DNA from: Tubulanus polymorphus | Lineage: Eukaryota; Animalia; Nemertea | DNA: 64,000 nt | Direction: 5' to 3' | Assembly (NCBI RefSeq): GCF_964204645.1 | Contig: NC_134027.1 | Coordinates: 15,284,485-15,348,484 of the forward strand | Part shown: positions 45,380 through 58,727 of the stretch, one piece after another | Numbering within the stretch: the stretch's first letter is position 1 | How the letters are laid out: every line of letters begins with the position of its first letter | The notes under the pieces: model-generated | What the model was told of the DNA's origin: nothing | The model's database searches: none | The model's input: the letters and a program-made list of their open reading frames with translations, nothing else | Position numbers and translations under genes: made by a program

Positions 45380-48100
45380 TTTTAAGAGAGACATGGGATC
45401 TTTATATACAGTTACTAAAACTTGCTTCCTTTCGTAGACTAGTAATATTGGTCACTTAGTCTTTAAAGAAATTGTAACATCACTTTTGAGCTGAAATGAC
45501 CAATAAATCATTGGCCAATGTGTATTTGTATCAATGTCTTTGCTGTCAAATACCACTTGACTGTTAGAATGAATTTTTTAATGTGGGATTTAACGTGTTA
45601 TGTAAGAATTTTATGAGGAATTACAGCGCAATGTTTATGGATATTGATTTAGTTGTTGATCTACTGTCGTGAAATTTCCAATTAATTATGCTACGAGGTC
45701 TGGATCTGACTATGCCAAATCTGCACAGTGAGTGGAAGATAAGATTACTTCTGTTAAATACAATTCTGCAACTTTGGACCTAATGTGATCCTTATTCGTC
45801 AATCCTAGGTTATACATGTACATGTATCATACATTTGTAACGTGTAACGACTGAAACTCATGAGTGTAGAGCAAAGCAGGGATTCTCATAGTGTCAAATT
45901 ACCACGATAAAACTGGAAATTTTTCATTTTATTGCCACGTTAAAACGAAAAATTGCGCGATAAAACAAAAATTACCGCTATAAAACGAGAAAAGTCATTT
46001 TATCGCGTAATGAAACGAGAAAAAGTTGTTTTATTGCGTGATAAAACTTTCTCGTATTAAATTATTAAAAAAATTAGCGCGATAAAATGAGAAAACTATC
46101 GCAATGAAATGATTTTTGTATTCGGTTTACATCATGATAAAAGGAAAGAACATATTCCGTTTTTTCCACCTTTCGTTTTTTCGCCTAAATCAGGGGGTCA
46201 AAGGATTTGGGGGTTTTCTGGCACACACTCCCCACCATGAACAATAAAGGGGGACTCTTTTTGTTTCTACCCCACCATGAAACATTTCTGGAAGTCAGCG
46301 ATATGGACCCCCTTCAAAGTATTAATTGACATAAGATTGTTAAAAATGAGTAACCATTAAAAGCTGATCTAGCCTTTTTTTTTGGGGGGGGGGGTAGGTA
46401 AATACCCCTAGTACCCTTATCCCCTTGGGGTACCTGCCAGAAATGGGTTTCCATAACCCAGGCCATATTGGCCTTTGTATGGTTATACTAGAAATTGGTA
46501 GCCTTCCCAGCTACCCTCATGCCCCAGGGCTTTTGGTCTATGGTAAGGCCTTGATAACGAGTGAACCAGAAGGCACACTTAATGTGTATGATCCGGTCAG
46601 TAACGCCCTACATGTTAAAGATTGTTTCATTTAGAGCCTTTTTAATACTTTCTTCTGTTCTCGAATACGGTACAACAGATTAAATAGCTCGTGGTTTGAT
46701 AACAACATGATGTTCCTCGCTTTCAAATTTATATGAAATAAAAACAATTGGAATCTGATTATGGTTATCATATTAAGTGCTAATACGCCTAGTAAGATCT
46801 CGACTGGAGGAATTATATTTGGCATCGTGATGAAGTAAGTCAAAGCATATAGACGATCTCTGTCCAACCTCAGAAGGAACAATCGGCAAGTTCTTGTTTC
46901 CATGCAAATATCTTATACCATGTTGAGTAGAACTGGAACACTGAAAAAAATTAACGTTTGCACATGTCCTATTCATATTGAGTTATTATTAAGAAAACTG
47001 ATAACAAATCTGTCACATATGTTTTAGATCCTTATGGTATGGCCTGCCTACCCATCACAAATTCCAAAGCTACGGGTCTCGGAGTGCAGTGCAAAAATAA
47101 CTATTTTGGCGCAAAAAAAAGGTCACACGACTGCCATCTTGTGTCCAAATGACTCAATTTTTGGTTCGAAGAATGAGAACCTAGGCTATCGTCAAGTTGC
47201 AGTCATGAAGTCACGTGACAGGATCGGAAGATTTTTTTTTTAGATTGCGTGATACGCCTCAATGAAATAGGTCCACAGACGTAATTCGCTTGTCTTAAGA
47301 ATATTATAATTATTGTGATAAGAATATTTAAATAAATAATAAATATCATTTTTTTAAAGCATGCGTTATGAACGCCGATTTAGCGGTTAAAACAAATCAT
47401 TACATCTACTCGCGCATAAAAACACCATCAATGCTGGCTGTTCGAATATCACGGATACCGGATACCGGACACCTAAATACCGGATACCGGATACTCGAGA
47501 TTGCGGAGTATATAGCGCATCGGGTCTAAGGAGTCGTTTCCATGCTGTTGTAAGTAGTACTGCCGCGACATACAATTTATTTATGTCAAATTGTTACAGC
47601 GGCTAACCACTTATTTGTCTTAATGCTAGCCTGATTACAGCCTCCTTTCACGTTTTTAGTGTCATCATCGATCTCAATCTTCATTTTCCGGCAAGTAGGC
47701 CGTTAAAGTCAATACTATGCAACAGATCAAATATATGTTGGCCTATTCAACGACGAAGCAGCCGCGACTGCTGAGAGAAAGTTATGAGTGGGTTTTTTAA
47801 GAGTAGAGTGAGCGAGGGAGCGGCTCACTTCTTTTTGACGGACAGACAAGTACCACCGGTACTAACAGTTACTAACAGGCTAACTAATAGTAGAGCTAAT
47901 ACTAAGTATTAGCCCTACTATTAGTTAGCCTATCGTCGTCGGCCTATCGTATCTCGTAATAATATTAAATGCTGATCTGATTAGGCCTTTAAACATAGGC
48001 CTAGTAGACCTATCTCATAACAATTGATAAACAAATGCTGCTATTTGGATAGGCCTACCGCTGCTTATATTTGAGCAATACATCTTTTGTTATTATGAAG

Positions 48101-48232
48101 GTTTAACTATGGTGCCTTCCGGTCTGCCTAACTTAAACCACAGTTGCTGTTATTTGAATGTTGTCGTTCAAGTGCTGAAATCGGTGCCAGATTTTTTATC
48201 AAAAATCGAACAACATGCCACAACAGTCGAAT
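48101..48232 (+). pseudogene. Isolated exon resembling a ubiquitin-specific protease Cys box
   Basis: GLPNLNHSCCYLNVVVQVLKSVPDF compared with the USP consensus GLxNxGNTCYxNSxxQ. Flanked by ag| and |gtaagt. No further exons were found. Confidence 0.45.
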
Positions 48233-48491
48233 GTAAGTATTTCAGCTGGAAAAATATGATTCTGAGTGAAAGGGAAGAGTTATGCCCACAGGGGTTTGGC
48301 GATAGGCTTGGATTTTATTTCTGGGTTGTTGATAATCTCACGAGAATGGCGCTAAATATGAACTGCGAATAAACTCAAAATATCACGGAAATACCTTGTG
48401 TTTATATTGTTTATTTATCCGCTATGAAGTTTCGATAAACAATTGGTCGTTAAGAATCATTATCAGACGGTCGTCGCGTTTTACTATATAG

Positions 48492-48861
48492 AATAACAAG
48501 GGATGAAACGCAGTTCAAGTCGTGCCAGCCAGAAAGTTGGGACAGTCACGTGACTTAAACGCTTCTTATTTGACTGAATGCAAACCCGAAGCATCTAAGA
48601 TGGAAACTATAATACGAAAAATATTTGAGAATAAGTCACATTCAAATGCATTTTTTTACTATGAATTATTTATTTCATCATAATTTATTCTTTATATGTT
48701 ATTTATTTCACATGAATCATAATCTGACAATTGATATCGGTCTGTGAATATCTTAACTTTTCATGTTGAAGTTTTAAATCCGATGATGTCATCAGAATGT
48801 CACGTGACTGTCCCAACTTTCTGGCTGGCACGACTTGAACTGCGTTTCATCCCTTGTTATT
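48492..48861. mobile_element. MITE with ~60-bp perfect TIRs
   Basis: AATAACAAGGGATGAAACGCAGTTCAAGTCGTGCCAGCCAGAAAGTTGGGACAGTCACGTGAC is mirrored at about 48798-48861. Confidence 0.85.
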
Positions 48862-48889
48862 TTATATACATAGTAAAGGTTGTTTATAT

Positions 48890-49035
48890 GGTAAAGCGTT
48901 GTGAAGTACGCTTAGCCGTCTTCCGAAACCATAAAGGATTACAGGTAAAGCGTTGTGAAGTACGCTTAGTCGTTTTCCGAAATTGTAAAAGATTACAGGT
49001 AAAGCGTTATGAGGTACGCCTAACCTTCCGAAATC
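48890..49035. repeat. ~54-bp tandem repeat, about 2.7 copies
   Basis: GGTAAAGCGTTGTGAAGTACGCTTAG...GATTACA repeated. Confidence 0.8.
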
Positions 49036-50519
49036 TTAGGTAGGCGTTAACAAGCCTAACTACATCTTTCATCAGAAACTCGGGGTACACTGAAAATAAC
49101 CACCCAGATAATTCTGGAAAATGCCAGGACGGAATTTGGTAGAACTGTATTTCAAACGTATTTCATTATTTTCTGATATAATTCTAATTGAAGGTTATAA
49201 CAAATCAATACGCAAATATATAAAAATAATATAATATATGTTAATACGTCATCATGTTACATCCCAAAATTTTTACAGTTTTGAGTTAGTGTAATAAGCT
49301 TTGAATTAATGTTCTAAAATTCTGTCCTGGCATTATTTAGGTCTGGGATTTTCATGGCTGTTATTTTCTAGCGACCTGCACTACACTGTAAAAAAAAGTT
49401 CGGAGAGTCCCGTTTTTTAGCGGCAAATTCTGACAATAAACGGTAAATTACCGATAAATCACGGACTTAATGAAATTTTTCTGTCGGCACATTTTCGAAT
49501 TTGATCAAATCATTAATCGGACAAAATTCCGTCACACGACGGAAATTTTGCGATCTGATACGGAATTAAGACGCAAAATAACGGACGTGATACCGATTTT
49601 CAAAACGTCGGCGCGTGCTCCACTTTTTTAGGGGATCTGAATGAAAATCTCGGTAAATCACCGGCACTTGACGGAACGCTCCGACTATCTACGGCGAGTC
49701 GCCGGCTTTTAGCCTCGTTTTGAAATTTTGGTCTAGCACGCATGCGCAAGGCCTATAGATTGCTCGTGTGTCAAGATGGCGGACGCAGATAGAGAAATCG
49801 GAGACGCTGCAAGAAATCCTAATAGTTTTGAGGTAAGAGGGTTCAATTGAACTAGGTCTAATAAATCCTTATGCAAAGGCCTCACAGAAGAAGTGAAGGC
49901 CGAATCCCCTATTACTAAAGGCCTACGTCGACTTGTATTTGTGGTGGCTGGTTACTCTGGATCCTCGCCTCGCTTGCCAGGGTTTGATTGATTGCCGCCC
50001 GTTGACACAAACCCTGGCCGCAAACCCTTCATTGGTCTATTATTATTACATCGCCCAAGATTTGAACAGGTTAACCCTCAGTGCCCACCAGTCTATTATA
50101 GCGAATCAGATGCATTGATTTTACCGGCACATTGATTGGCACTCTATAATCACCACGCATCTGATTGGTTAGACAAACTGGTGGGCGCTGACCGGGAACC
50201 CGTAATTCTGGGCGATGTAATAGACCAATGAACGGTTTGAGGCTAGGGTTTGTGTTGGCGTGAGATCCAGCGGGTGGTAATCAAACCCTGGCAAGTGAGG
50301 ATGTGGTTACTTACTGTTTTTACTACTAACTATATAAATAAACCATCATCTCGGGAGTTTTCGGGTGGTTGGGTGATTTTCTTTGACCATTAGAAAGGTG
50401 CATCATCTAAAATTAGCCTACATTTGAAAATCATCTCACTATAGGGGCCTAGTTGCGATGCTTTTTGGTATTATTTTCCTCGGCTGCATTTGTCGATCGC
50501 TAATGGAATCTTTCTTCCA

Positions 50520-53500
50520 GGAAAACTCTAATGGACTTGGTGCAAAATACCTCTGTAAATTGTGTAGAGTTCAAGTGACATCTTTAAAATCATATGTAAG
50601 ACACCGCTCACCGTAAGACAAGCTCAGCACAGAAACAGGCCTAACTCAGATTTCGATTGCCCCCTTCAAAATTGTCTCGTGACTTGTCGTACATATGAAG
50701 CATTGAATATGCATTTTAGTCGTTTCCATAAAATTGAACGAACTGCCGTAAGACTGTCAAGATTGCCAACTTTACTCACAAATGTGAAATGTTCAGTGGA
50801 TTCATGTACTCAGGAATTTGATAGTTTGAATGATCTTATTGTGCATTTGAAAAACCACATCAATTTCGGCACAGAAATTATGTGTCCATTTAATAATTGC
50901 GCGCAGATATATAGCAACAAATCGTCTTTTAGCAGTCATATGTCGAGAAAACATACACGTCCATGGGGCCTTGATGCAGGGAGATCCGATTTGATGACAT
51001 CAGTTAATGTGAATAGTTTTGACTCGGGTAGTTTTGAGCAGAATATAACTTTAGATAGTTCTCCAAATGAAGAGGAAGATATGGATATGGATATTGATGA
51101 ATCAATACAAAATGATTTTTTGACGCCTTATAAAACGTTACCATTATGAAACCTAAACAATGCTAACCATTCAGCGTCATTTTACAAACGACAGCCGTAA
51201 ATCGATGTGCAAAACGTCACAGGTTTATGTGTACACAAACAAGCTATCTGGCAAAATATTATTGACATAGATGTAGAATGGCTTCCTGTGATTATATAAT
51301 GACCTATATTTGAACGTCGAAATGTTATATTGCATTGAATATCATTAGAAGACGTATTGTAATAGTAAAGGATGTATGATTATATCAGAAGCAGGCATAA
51401 ATAGAAATGATAAGTAAATCGGATTATTCGGTTAAATGGCGGATGTATACACGATGCGGAAGTCTGATATAAAAGTCAGACCCTGACGTGGGCATGCCGG
51501 TGGAATGACGAAGCTATCTACGATGTGTGTAGGGCCGGCGTGAATTTCATCAGCGGCTACAAGCGGTTAATATGAAAATGTGTAAACATATAATTTCAAT
51601 ATTTAATCGTTTGTGAAAATATGTTTGATATTAGGAGTATGCAAGTTTCGTGAGATTAGCAATTTATAATAGCATAGCTGTCATATACGGCTCCGTGTCC
51701 TCTGATGGCATGTGTATTAGGTGACAATTCAATTCAATTCTTTATTGATCCTTATTACATTGAAATTCCGGGATAAAATTCCCAAATTCAATAAATACAA
51801 ATTTTAAAATAAATTAATACAACATACATGACACACGGGTAATTCATACAGAACAACATAAGCATGTTATTTTAAATGACAATGTCTACTTCAACCCACC
51901 CAGACTCAAGACTCTAGGAAATCGAGTTGCAGCCAAACGCGTGGCCCGGGCCTGGGGACCGGGCCGGCTGGCTAGGCCACACGATATGCTCGAAGTCATA
52001 ATGAAGCAGACATCAGAAGAGCTCTTTCTTCATCCATGGAGGCAATGAAGTTGCAGACCAGCTTAGAGGCATAAGTAAATGAAGTCGGTCGCAAGTTCGC
52101 GATCAATTATTGAGAATTTTCAATAAAAAAATTCAAACCACTACTAGAGTCGAAGACCTGTATCATCTACCCAATCGCCAAATCTCATCATTCCCCAAAT
52201 TTCTTAAAACTTCGATTTCAAATTTGCAATTCCACATTAGCTTAGCCCAGAAATTCTACATTTTTTTCCCAGGCGTCAAATAATTTTCTAAAATTAATTT
52301 TCTTGTTCTCAGTGTTTTGATGCCAAAGTATTTGAAACAGACTTGGCATTACTTTATCTAAGATTACAGAGTAAACTTCTTGTTCCAGCTTCTACCATTC
52401 AGATTATAGTTGAAGAACTTGCTAATTTATTTGATATTGAAAAGAAGTTTATCAAGGCATACTTATTAGAAAAATTTAAAAACCATGGTTTGGATGATAA
52501 TGTTTCAGAAAGAATAGTTGAAGAGTTGGAACGTGATAATGTATTGTATGATATTGTCGATAAAGATAAGGGAATTTTCCGGTCAATTTATTCAAGAAAT
52601 AAGTATTACAAAGACAGGATGAATTATGTAGCCCCAGAGAAGATTTTGATTGGGAACTATGGTGATATTCAACACTACATGTATTATGTGCCTATTCAGA
52701 AAGTCATCTCTGGTTTAGTTAATGATTCCACATTTGCTTCTCAGATAATGAATGCTATTCCTGTTAATGAATCTATACTTGATGATATACATGGTAGTTC
52801 TATTTATAGAGAATTGAAAATTCAGATGGAAAATGACAGATTTCTTGAACTGATATTTTATCAAGACGAGTTTGAAATTGTCAATCCTCTGGGAAGCGCT
52901 AAAAAAACTCACAAAATTTTAGCATGTTATTATACATTTGGTAATATATATCCTTGGCATAGGTCAAAAATAGATCAGATTCAGTTAGCATTTGTGTGTA
53001 AAAGTGATAGTGTAAAAAAATTTGGAATACAATGTGTTTTCAAGAAGATTTCTGCCACTTATTCTTGAGAATGATATTTCTGACCCAGACGACTATGTTT
53101 GGAAATTAGTTGTTTTACTAAGAGAACTGATTGAAATTGTATGTGCCCCACGATTCAACCGAGGAATGATATCAGTCATGGATTCCCTAATTGTTGAATA
53201 CCTCCAGCTGCGATGCAAGTTTTTTCCTAATGATTCCTTGAAGCCAAAACACCATTTTTTGACTCACTACCCTGCTCTGACTTTAGATTTCGGACCACTT
53301 ATTAGATTGTGGACAATGCGAATGGAAAGTAAGCATTCGTATTTTTAAAAAGGGTGGTTCGAAGTATTCAAAACTTTAAAAATATTCTGCTATCCCTTGC
53401 GGAAAAACACCAATACTTGCAAGCATATTACTCCTCGGGTCATCTGTATGGGCCTGACTTGGTTTATGATAAGGAAAAAACTGTAAAATATAATGAAAAC

Positions 53501-53860
53501 TTGTATTGTAAAGAAATTATTGACTGCATTCAAAGTTCTATTGGCAACACATCAAAATGCTTTACTGTAAATGTTATCACCTTAAGAAACATTGCTTATA
53601 AAAGTAACTGTGATACGTTTGTTGTAATAAGAGACTGCGAAGAAGGCTTAGTTTTAGGAAAAATTATCCTTTTGATTATTTACGAAGAAAAACCGTTTTG
53701 TGTAACTGAAAATTTTAATGCGGTGTATGATCGGGACTATGGAGTCTGGAAACTGTTGGGCACAAATGAGAAAAGATGTCTACCATTCTCATCTTTACTG
53801 GACATTTATCCATTGTATCCATACAAAATGGTCGAGGCATCATTATTATTATTCACATGA
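50520..53860 (+). pseudogene. EnSpm-type transposase with C2H2 zinc fingers, disrupted
   Basis: FYQDEFEIVNPLGSAKKTHKI and KPKHHFLTHYP...GPLIRLWTMRMESKH. The catalytic middle appears deleted near 53060. An insertion at about 51120-52310 has TTTGACGCCT / AGGCGTCAAA ends. Confidence 0.8.
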
Positions 53861-54044
53861 GAGAATTGAATTGAATAATACTCGAGTTGTGCAAATGAAG
53901 AAAATCACTGAGTATCGAAAGGTGTTGGGTTTATGTAGGTGCACACTTTCACAGTATCTATTGGATACTATCCGGATACAGCGCTCTTGATTCTGTCTCA
54001 ATAAAGCTCAACCAATGACCATTGTTCATCAGTCGAGCTTTTCG

Positions 54045-54572
54045 GGACTACCAGGTATCGGTAGTAGAAACATGGTCTATGATACCTATATAGTTCGTGC
54101 AAAAACATATTAGAAAAATATGTTGGCGAAAAACTGGAAGGCGAAATGAGAAGTTTCGGTTTTTGTGGACTCTATGAAAGGAGTTGATTTCGAAGTGTGA
54201 AAAAAAGGGAAAAAGCCTGGACTACCAGGTAGCGGTAGTAAAAATATGATCTTATGGTCTACGATACCTATATAGTTCGTTCAAAAACATATTAGATAAT
54301 GGTGAATAACTGGAAGGCGAAACGAGAAGTTTCGGTTTTTGTGGACTCTATGAAAGGAGTTGATTTTGAAGTGTGAAAAAAAGGGAAAAAGCCTGGACTA
54401 CCAGGTAGCAGTAGTAAAAATATGATCTCATGGTCTACGATACCTATATAGTTCGTTCAAAAACATATTAGATAATGGTGAAAAACTGGAAGGCGAAATG
54501 AGAAGTTTCGGTTTTTGTTGACTCTATGAAAGGAGTTGATTTCGAAGTGTGAAATAAAGGGAAAAAGCCTGG
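54045..54572. repeat. ~175-bp tandem repeat, 3 copies, inside the EnSpm element
   Basis: GGACTACCAGGTA starts at 54045, 54219 and 54395. Confidence 0.9.
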
Positions 54573-57500
54573 TGGCGATGAATTTCATTTGGTAGCCACA
54601 AATTTGGTTACAAGGTCTCATTGTTCATAGGGTTCCTCCGGATCAGGCGATTTTCTCATGGATATCGGAATATCATTTTTTGGTTTTTCAGGGGGGTCAA
54701 AAGGGGTGGGGTGAATACGGAGGCTTCCCAATTTTTGCAGGATCGTGGACGTAAAAAAGCGGAGGATCTCCGATTTTTGCCGGGACCTTCCCGATTAAAA
54801 GGAACCGAGGTGCCGTTATTTATCGTCGATATTCCGACATTTATCGGGAGTTGGCCGTTTATCTACGGCTCGTTTACGAAGGTGACCTTCGGAAATTTTC
54901 CGTACACAATCGGTGAATATCCGGCTATTTTCGGATACGGATTTTTCGGAATTTATTTTCGGAAATCGCGCCGGTTCAACTGCTGCCGGAAATTTTCCGT
55001 GATTTTTCGGAATTATTTTTTACAGTGTAGATTTCATGCACTGTTGTACTTCATACTTTCTCAATATTATACATATTTCTTTCTGAATACTGTTTTCTTT
55101 GGTTAGTTCAAATTATTTGAAACATTTTTGATCCGATTAACACCAAATAAACCTTTAAAGCAAGGTATTTAGCATCGGATATTGTGCCGAAAATTCCAGA
55201 TTGATACACAACATAGTTTTTCAAGTAAGCGCATTTTTAGTGTAAACCAATTATGTTGATTGACAGGCAGGCTCAGCTGCGTACCTCATTTTATCGATGA
55301 CGTCAGATGTAAACAATAACATTACCACGTGCGCAATGCAAACGGCAAACAAATTGAATTTTTTCAAGCAAACTTATCTAATGGAATATTAATTTCTTTT
55401 TCATAATTTGCCTTTCTTTTATGTGGTTTATAATTTATACATCATACTTTGCTTCTTCGAACCTCAGGACTTTCAAGTCCTCTTGTTCTTATGCTGATAC
55501 CCAAGGGCGATACAAACGTAAAGGATCAAGATTGAAGACTGAAGCAGTTTCCCTTGAAAAATTGTAAAAAGCAGTTCCTTTGGCAAATAGAAATGGTGGC
55601 CAATTGTCCCTGACACTAACTACAAAAAGAAACTATTATCTGCGGATGTAATAATTACACGATACCAAAAATACATAGAGAGGAAAAATGTACGACTTTT
55701 AAAAGCCTGTAATTCACCCATCTTCGGTGGCAAATAGCTCACAAACAAATAGTCGTAAAAATGTGATCTTGGTATCACTGGTTTCAGCTAGCCTTCCTTT
55801 ATTGAATGAATAAGTTCAGAAAACCTGTTATGCGATATTATTCCACCAGATGGCGAATGAGTTTGAGTATTTTCTGGCCAGCCGTGGGCTGAGCCTATTT
55901 CTATACAAATGGAGCGAATTTAAATGACATGGTTTCCAGAGCAAAGGCTCTTTTACTGTGCAACTGAGCATATATTCATACAAATCATTCATTAAATCAT
56001 TATCCATTCTCCAAACTCGACGTAGCTGAATTCTGAAAGAGGGTCTCGTTAAAATTTATATGAGCTTTTTTGCGAATATCTGATCGCAAAAATATTGGTT
56101 TTGAAAAGACAATCAGAAAGCAAAGACCGCAGAAATGAGGTGTTCACGTGAACCCGCTGTATCGTCTACCGTTTTACTTCCGGGTTTTATTTTAAGATCT
56201 AAAACTGTATTTCAAGATCGATTTCTGTGAAAGCTTTAGTTGATTTGGTTTTTGGGAGGAATATTTTTATTAGCACTACAGAAAATATCATTGACCATTG
56301 TGCAAAGTCCGGAAAAAATAGCTTTTTCTTAAATGAATCGTATAGATGACCTTGATATGATAATTAGCCATGTGCTCAAACTACAAATTCAAATTTTATT
56401 CCGCAAAAAACATCAATTCAATTTTACTTTATTGAACAAATACAAACATCAACTCCAATTCAATTTGTTTTATTGAGCAAAGTTCAGAAAATTCAATTCT
56501 ATTCCGCATTAAAATCAATAAGACCAATGGAAAAGATTTATCTGAGGTATTTGTTCCTGCCAGATCCAGTCGCTGTCTGCTACTTTTGTATTCTACGATT
56601 GTATTGTGTAAATTATTAGGTATTGACTCTGAGCTGGGAGTGTATTTTGACGAATTTAACCCACAGAATGCATCATCATTTGCCATTTTATGAAAAGCTG
56701 ACAGGCTGGCCATAGTGCACGTTGGGGCTCTTGTTCACTCTCGAGGGGTGTTCACATGCATTGTAGTGGGCTCTTTGGTTGTTCACAGATGGCTCTGGTA
56801 GTAGCACCCATCGTATTAGCATATGGATGCAAGAGGTTACAGCACAACAGAGGATTGGCTGATAAATTAAGACTCACGATATCGCTATTTCAGCATGACC
56901 TGAATTTTGGTAATGCGACACTCAATACATGAGCATAGGGCAAAGGCAAATTAGAGGGAACATATTCGGATTTGTTCTACAAACATGATCGCACTCCGAT
57001 TGGAGTATACCAAATGGAAATAGAAAATTTAAGATTTTGCTGGTTTCACTGAAATCTCATTTCACTTTCTTTTCGATAATATGAATTTGAGAGTCTGAAG
57101 TTAAATAAATTCTGAAATTATAAATAAATTTTTAAGCCATAACAGGCCTGAAAACTAAAGGGTAGATATTGAAAAAAATGAAATATATACAGACATTATG
57201 ATAATAATCTCTTACTTCAGATTAAAGATTTGTATTGTTCGTGGCAATCTTAGAACATTATTGAAAAACCCATATGAATAACATCATAAATTGATAAAGA
57301 CTTTTTTAGTTTATTGAAAAATATAAACCCAACACCAGGTTTTTAGGGAATTCATGTTGCCGTCGATAAATAAACATCTAGCAATTTATTTTCTCAATCC
57401 TAACAACATGAAATTCTGTCACACTATGATAACCAACAAGAGTTCACAAATCATTGATCGATTAGTTACATCACAGACTCTTGAGCATTTTGTGGTTACA

Positions 57501-58347
57501 TTATGGATGTATAAATGAGTCAGAAATACGTAAGGATAATCCATTTATTTTGCTAGAGTGTATAGGTCCATGGTTACAATTGTGGTGTCACTCAAAGGTC
57601 ACCTCAAAAAGGCCTAACCCCAATAAAAGAATGGCAATTACCGTCTATAAAGATGACACATTACAGATGGGAGGCCTATCTTGTAGGAATATAAACCCAG
57701 GAGTTCATACATTTCTTTGCATTTGCTCGACAAAGTCACAAAGCTTACAACTGAATCTTATTTGAAAATGTCATTGCCTGTACCGTATGTTCCGATAGTA
57801 ATTCAGAAGGAAAGTTCTGATAACTCGTCACAAACCGGCGGTACCAAAGTTTTTGTTAATACTGGATCAACAATTCTGACTGAAATTTTGAACTACATTA
57901 ATCGAGTTCATCCTCTGATTCAATCGCGAATTTATCTTGTGGAAAAGATATATTTCTAGAATTGAGTCGTGGAATGTGATTGGTATCAACCGTGGCGGAC
58001 CGCTAACTGTGTCGCGGACGGTGATATATTCATCTGGGGACGAAAGTTCTTTAGAAAATGGCAATGGATTTGAGTGGAATGAAATAGAAAAAGCTTTATC
58101 AAGATTGTCAACAGACTACGCGTTTTGTTCTGGAATTTCGAAAAGCAATAGCGATATTTGTAGTTCGGTCCATTATAAACCATCATGAAAAATGAAAAAT
58201 AAATTCTCGCACACTCGAATTTATTTTTCATTTTTTACTCACTCGACCTCTCAAGCTTTAATCTAGAACAACTTATTCCATATTACTCTTAAAATATTCA
58301 TCGAATAACTTCTAAAATCAATTTTAATAAAAAAATATGTTATTAAA

Positions 58348-58689
58348 ATGGAGAATAAACAAATACACAGTGAATTCTTAGATAGAATAAAAGATACTAC
58401 AAATGTCAAATCTGTAGATTATAAATTTAAGAAGTTAACAGAATTAACAATTCATAAGAAATATTTAATTACAAATATTGATACAGTTACTAACAAATAT
58501 GGAGATAAATTAGTTATTCACTTAGAATATGAAGGATTAAAAGGAAATAAATATAAATTCAGAACATATTTACCAGATAGATTTCATAGATTATCAAGTG
58601 AAGATCTAGAAGAATTATGTTCAGGTGATTTCTATTTCATATATAAAGGTAAAAATGAAAAAGGGCACCATGAAATAGATTTCGAATAA
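58348..58689 (+). CDS. 113-aa Polinton-associated protein, intact paralogue of 31185-31526
   Basis: Only four amino-acid differences from 31185-31526 despite many synonymous changes. Confidence 0.85.
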   Translation: MENKQIHSEFLDRIKDTTNVKSVDYKFKKLTELTIHKKYLITNIDTVTNKYGDKLVIHLEYEGLKGNKYKFRTYLPDRFHRLSSEDLEELCSGDFYFIYKGKNEKGHHEIDFE

Positions 58690-58727
58690 CTTCTAAAATC
58701 AATTTTAATAAAAAATTGGATATTAAA

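Larger units (their letters stand above)
49384..55027 (+). mobile_element. EnSpm/CACTA-superfamily DNA transposon, internally deleted
   Basis: TA-CACTGTAAAAAA ... TTTTTTACAGTG-TA, with CGG/CCG-rich subterminal regions, C2H2 fingers and transposase motifs. Confidence 0.85.

Noticed and set aside
56400-57700. Possible LRR gene remnant on the minus strand (LNLSANPLLCCNL...AICEQP at about 56770-56880)
   Set aside because: It is a single weak LRR-cap-like match surrounded by stops, and no gene model could be built.
57717-58231. Cluster of short ORFs upstream of copy C
   Set aside because: No recognisable domain, frames overlap on both strands, and there is no splice support.
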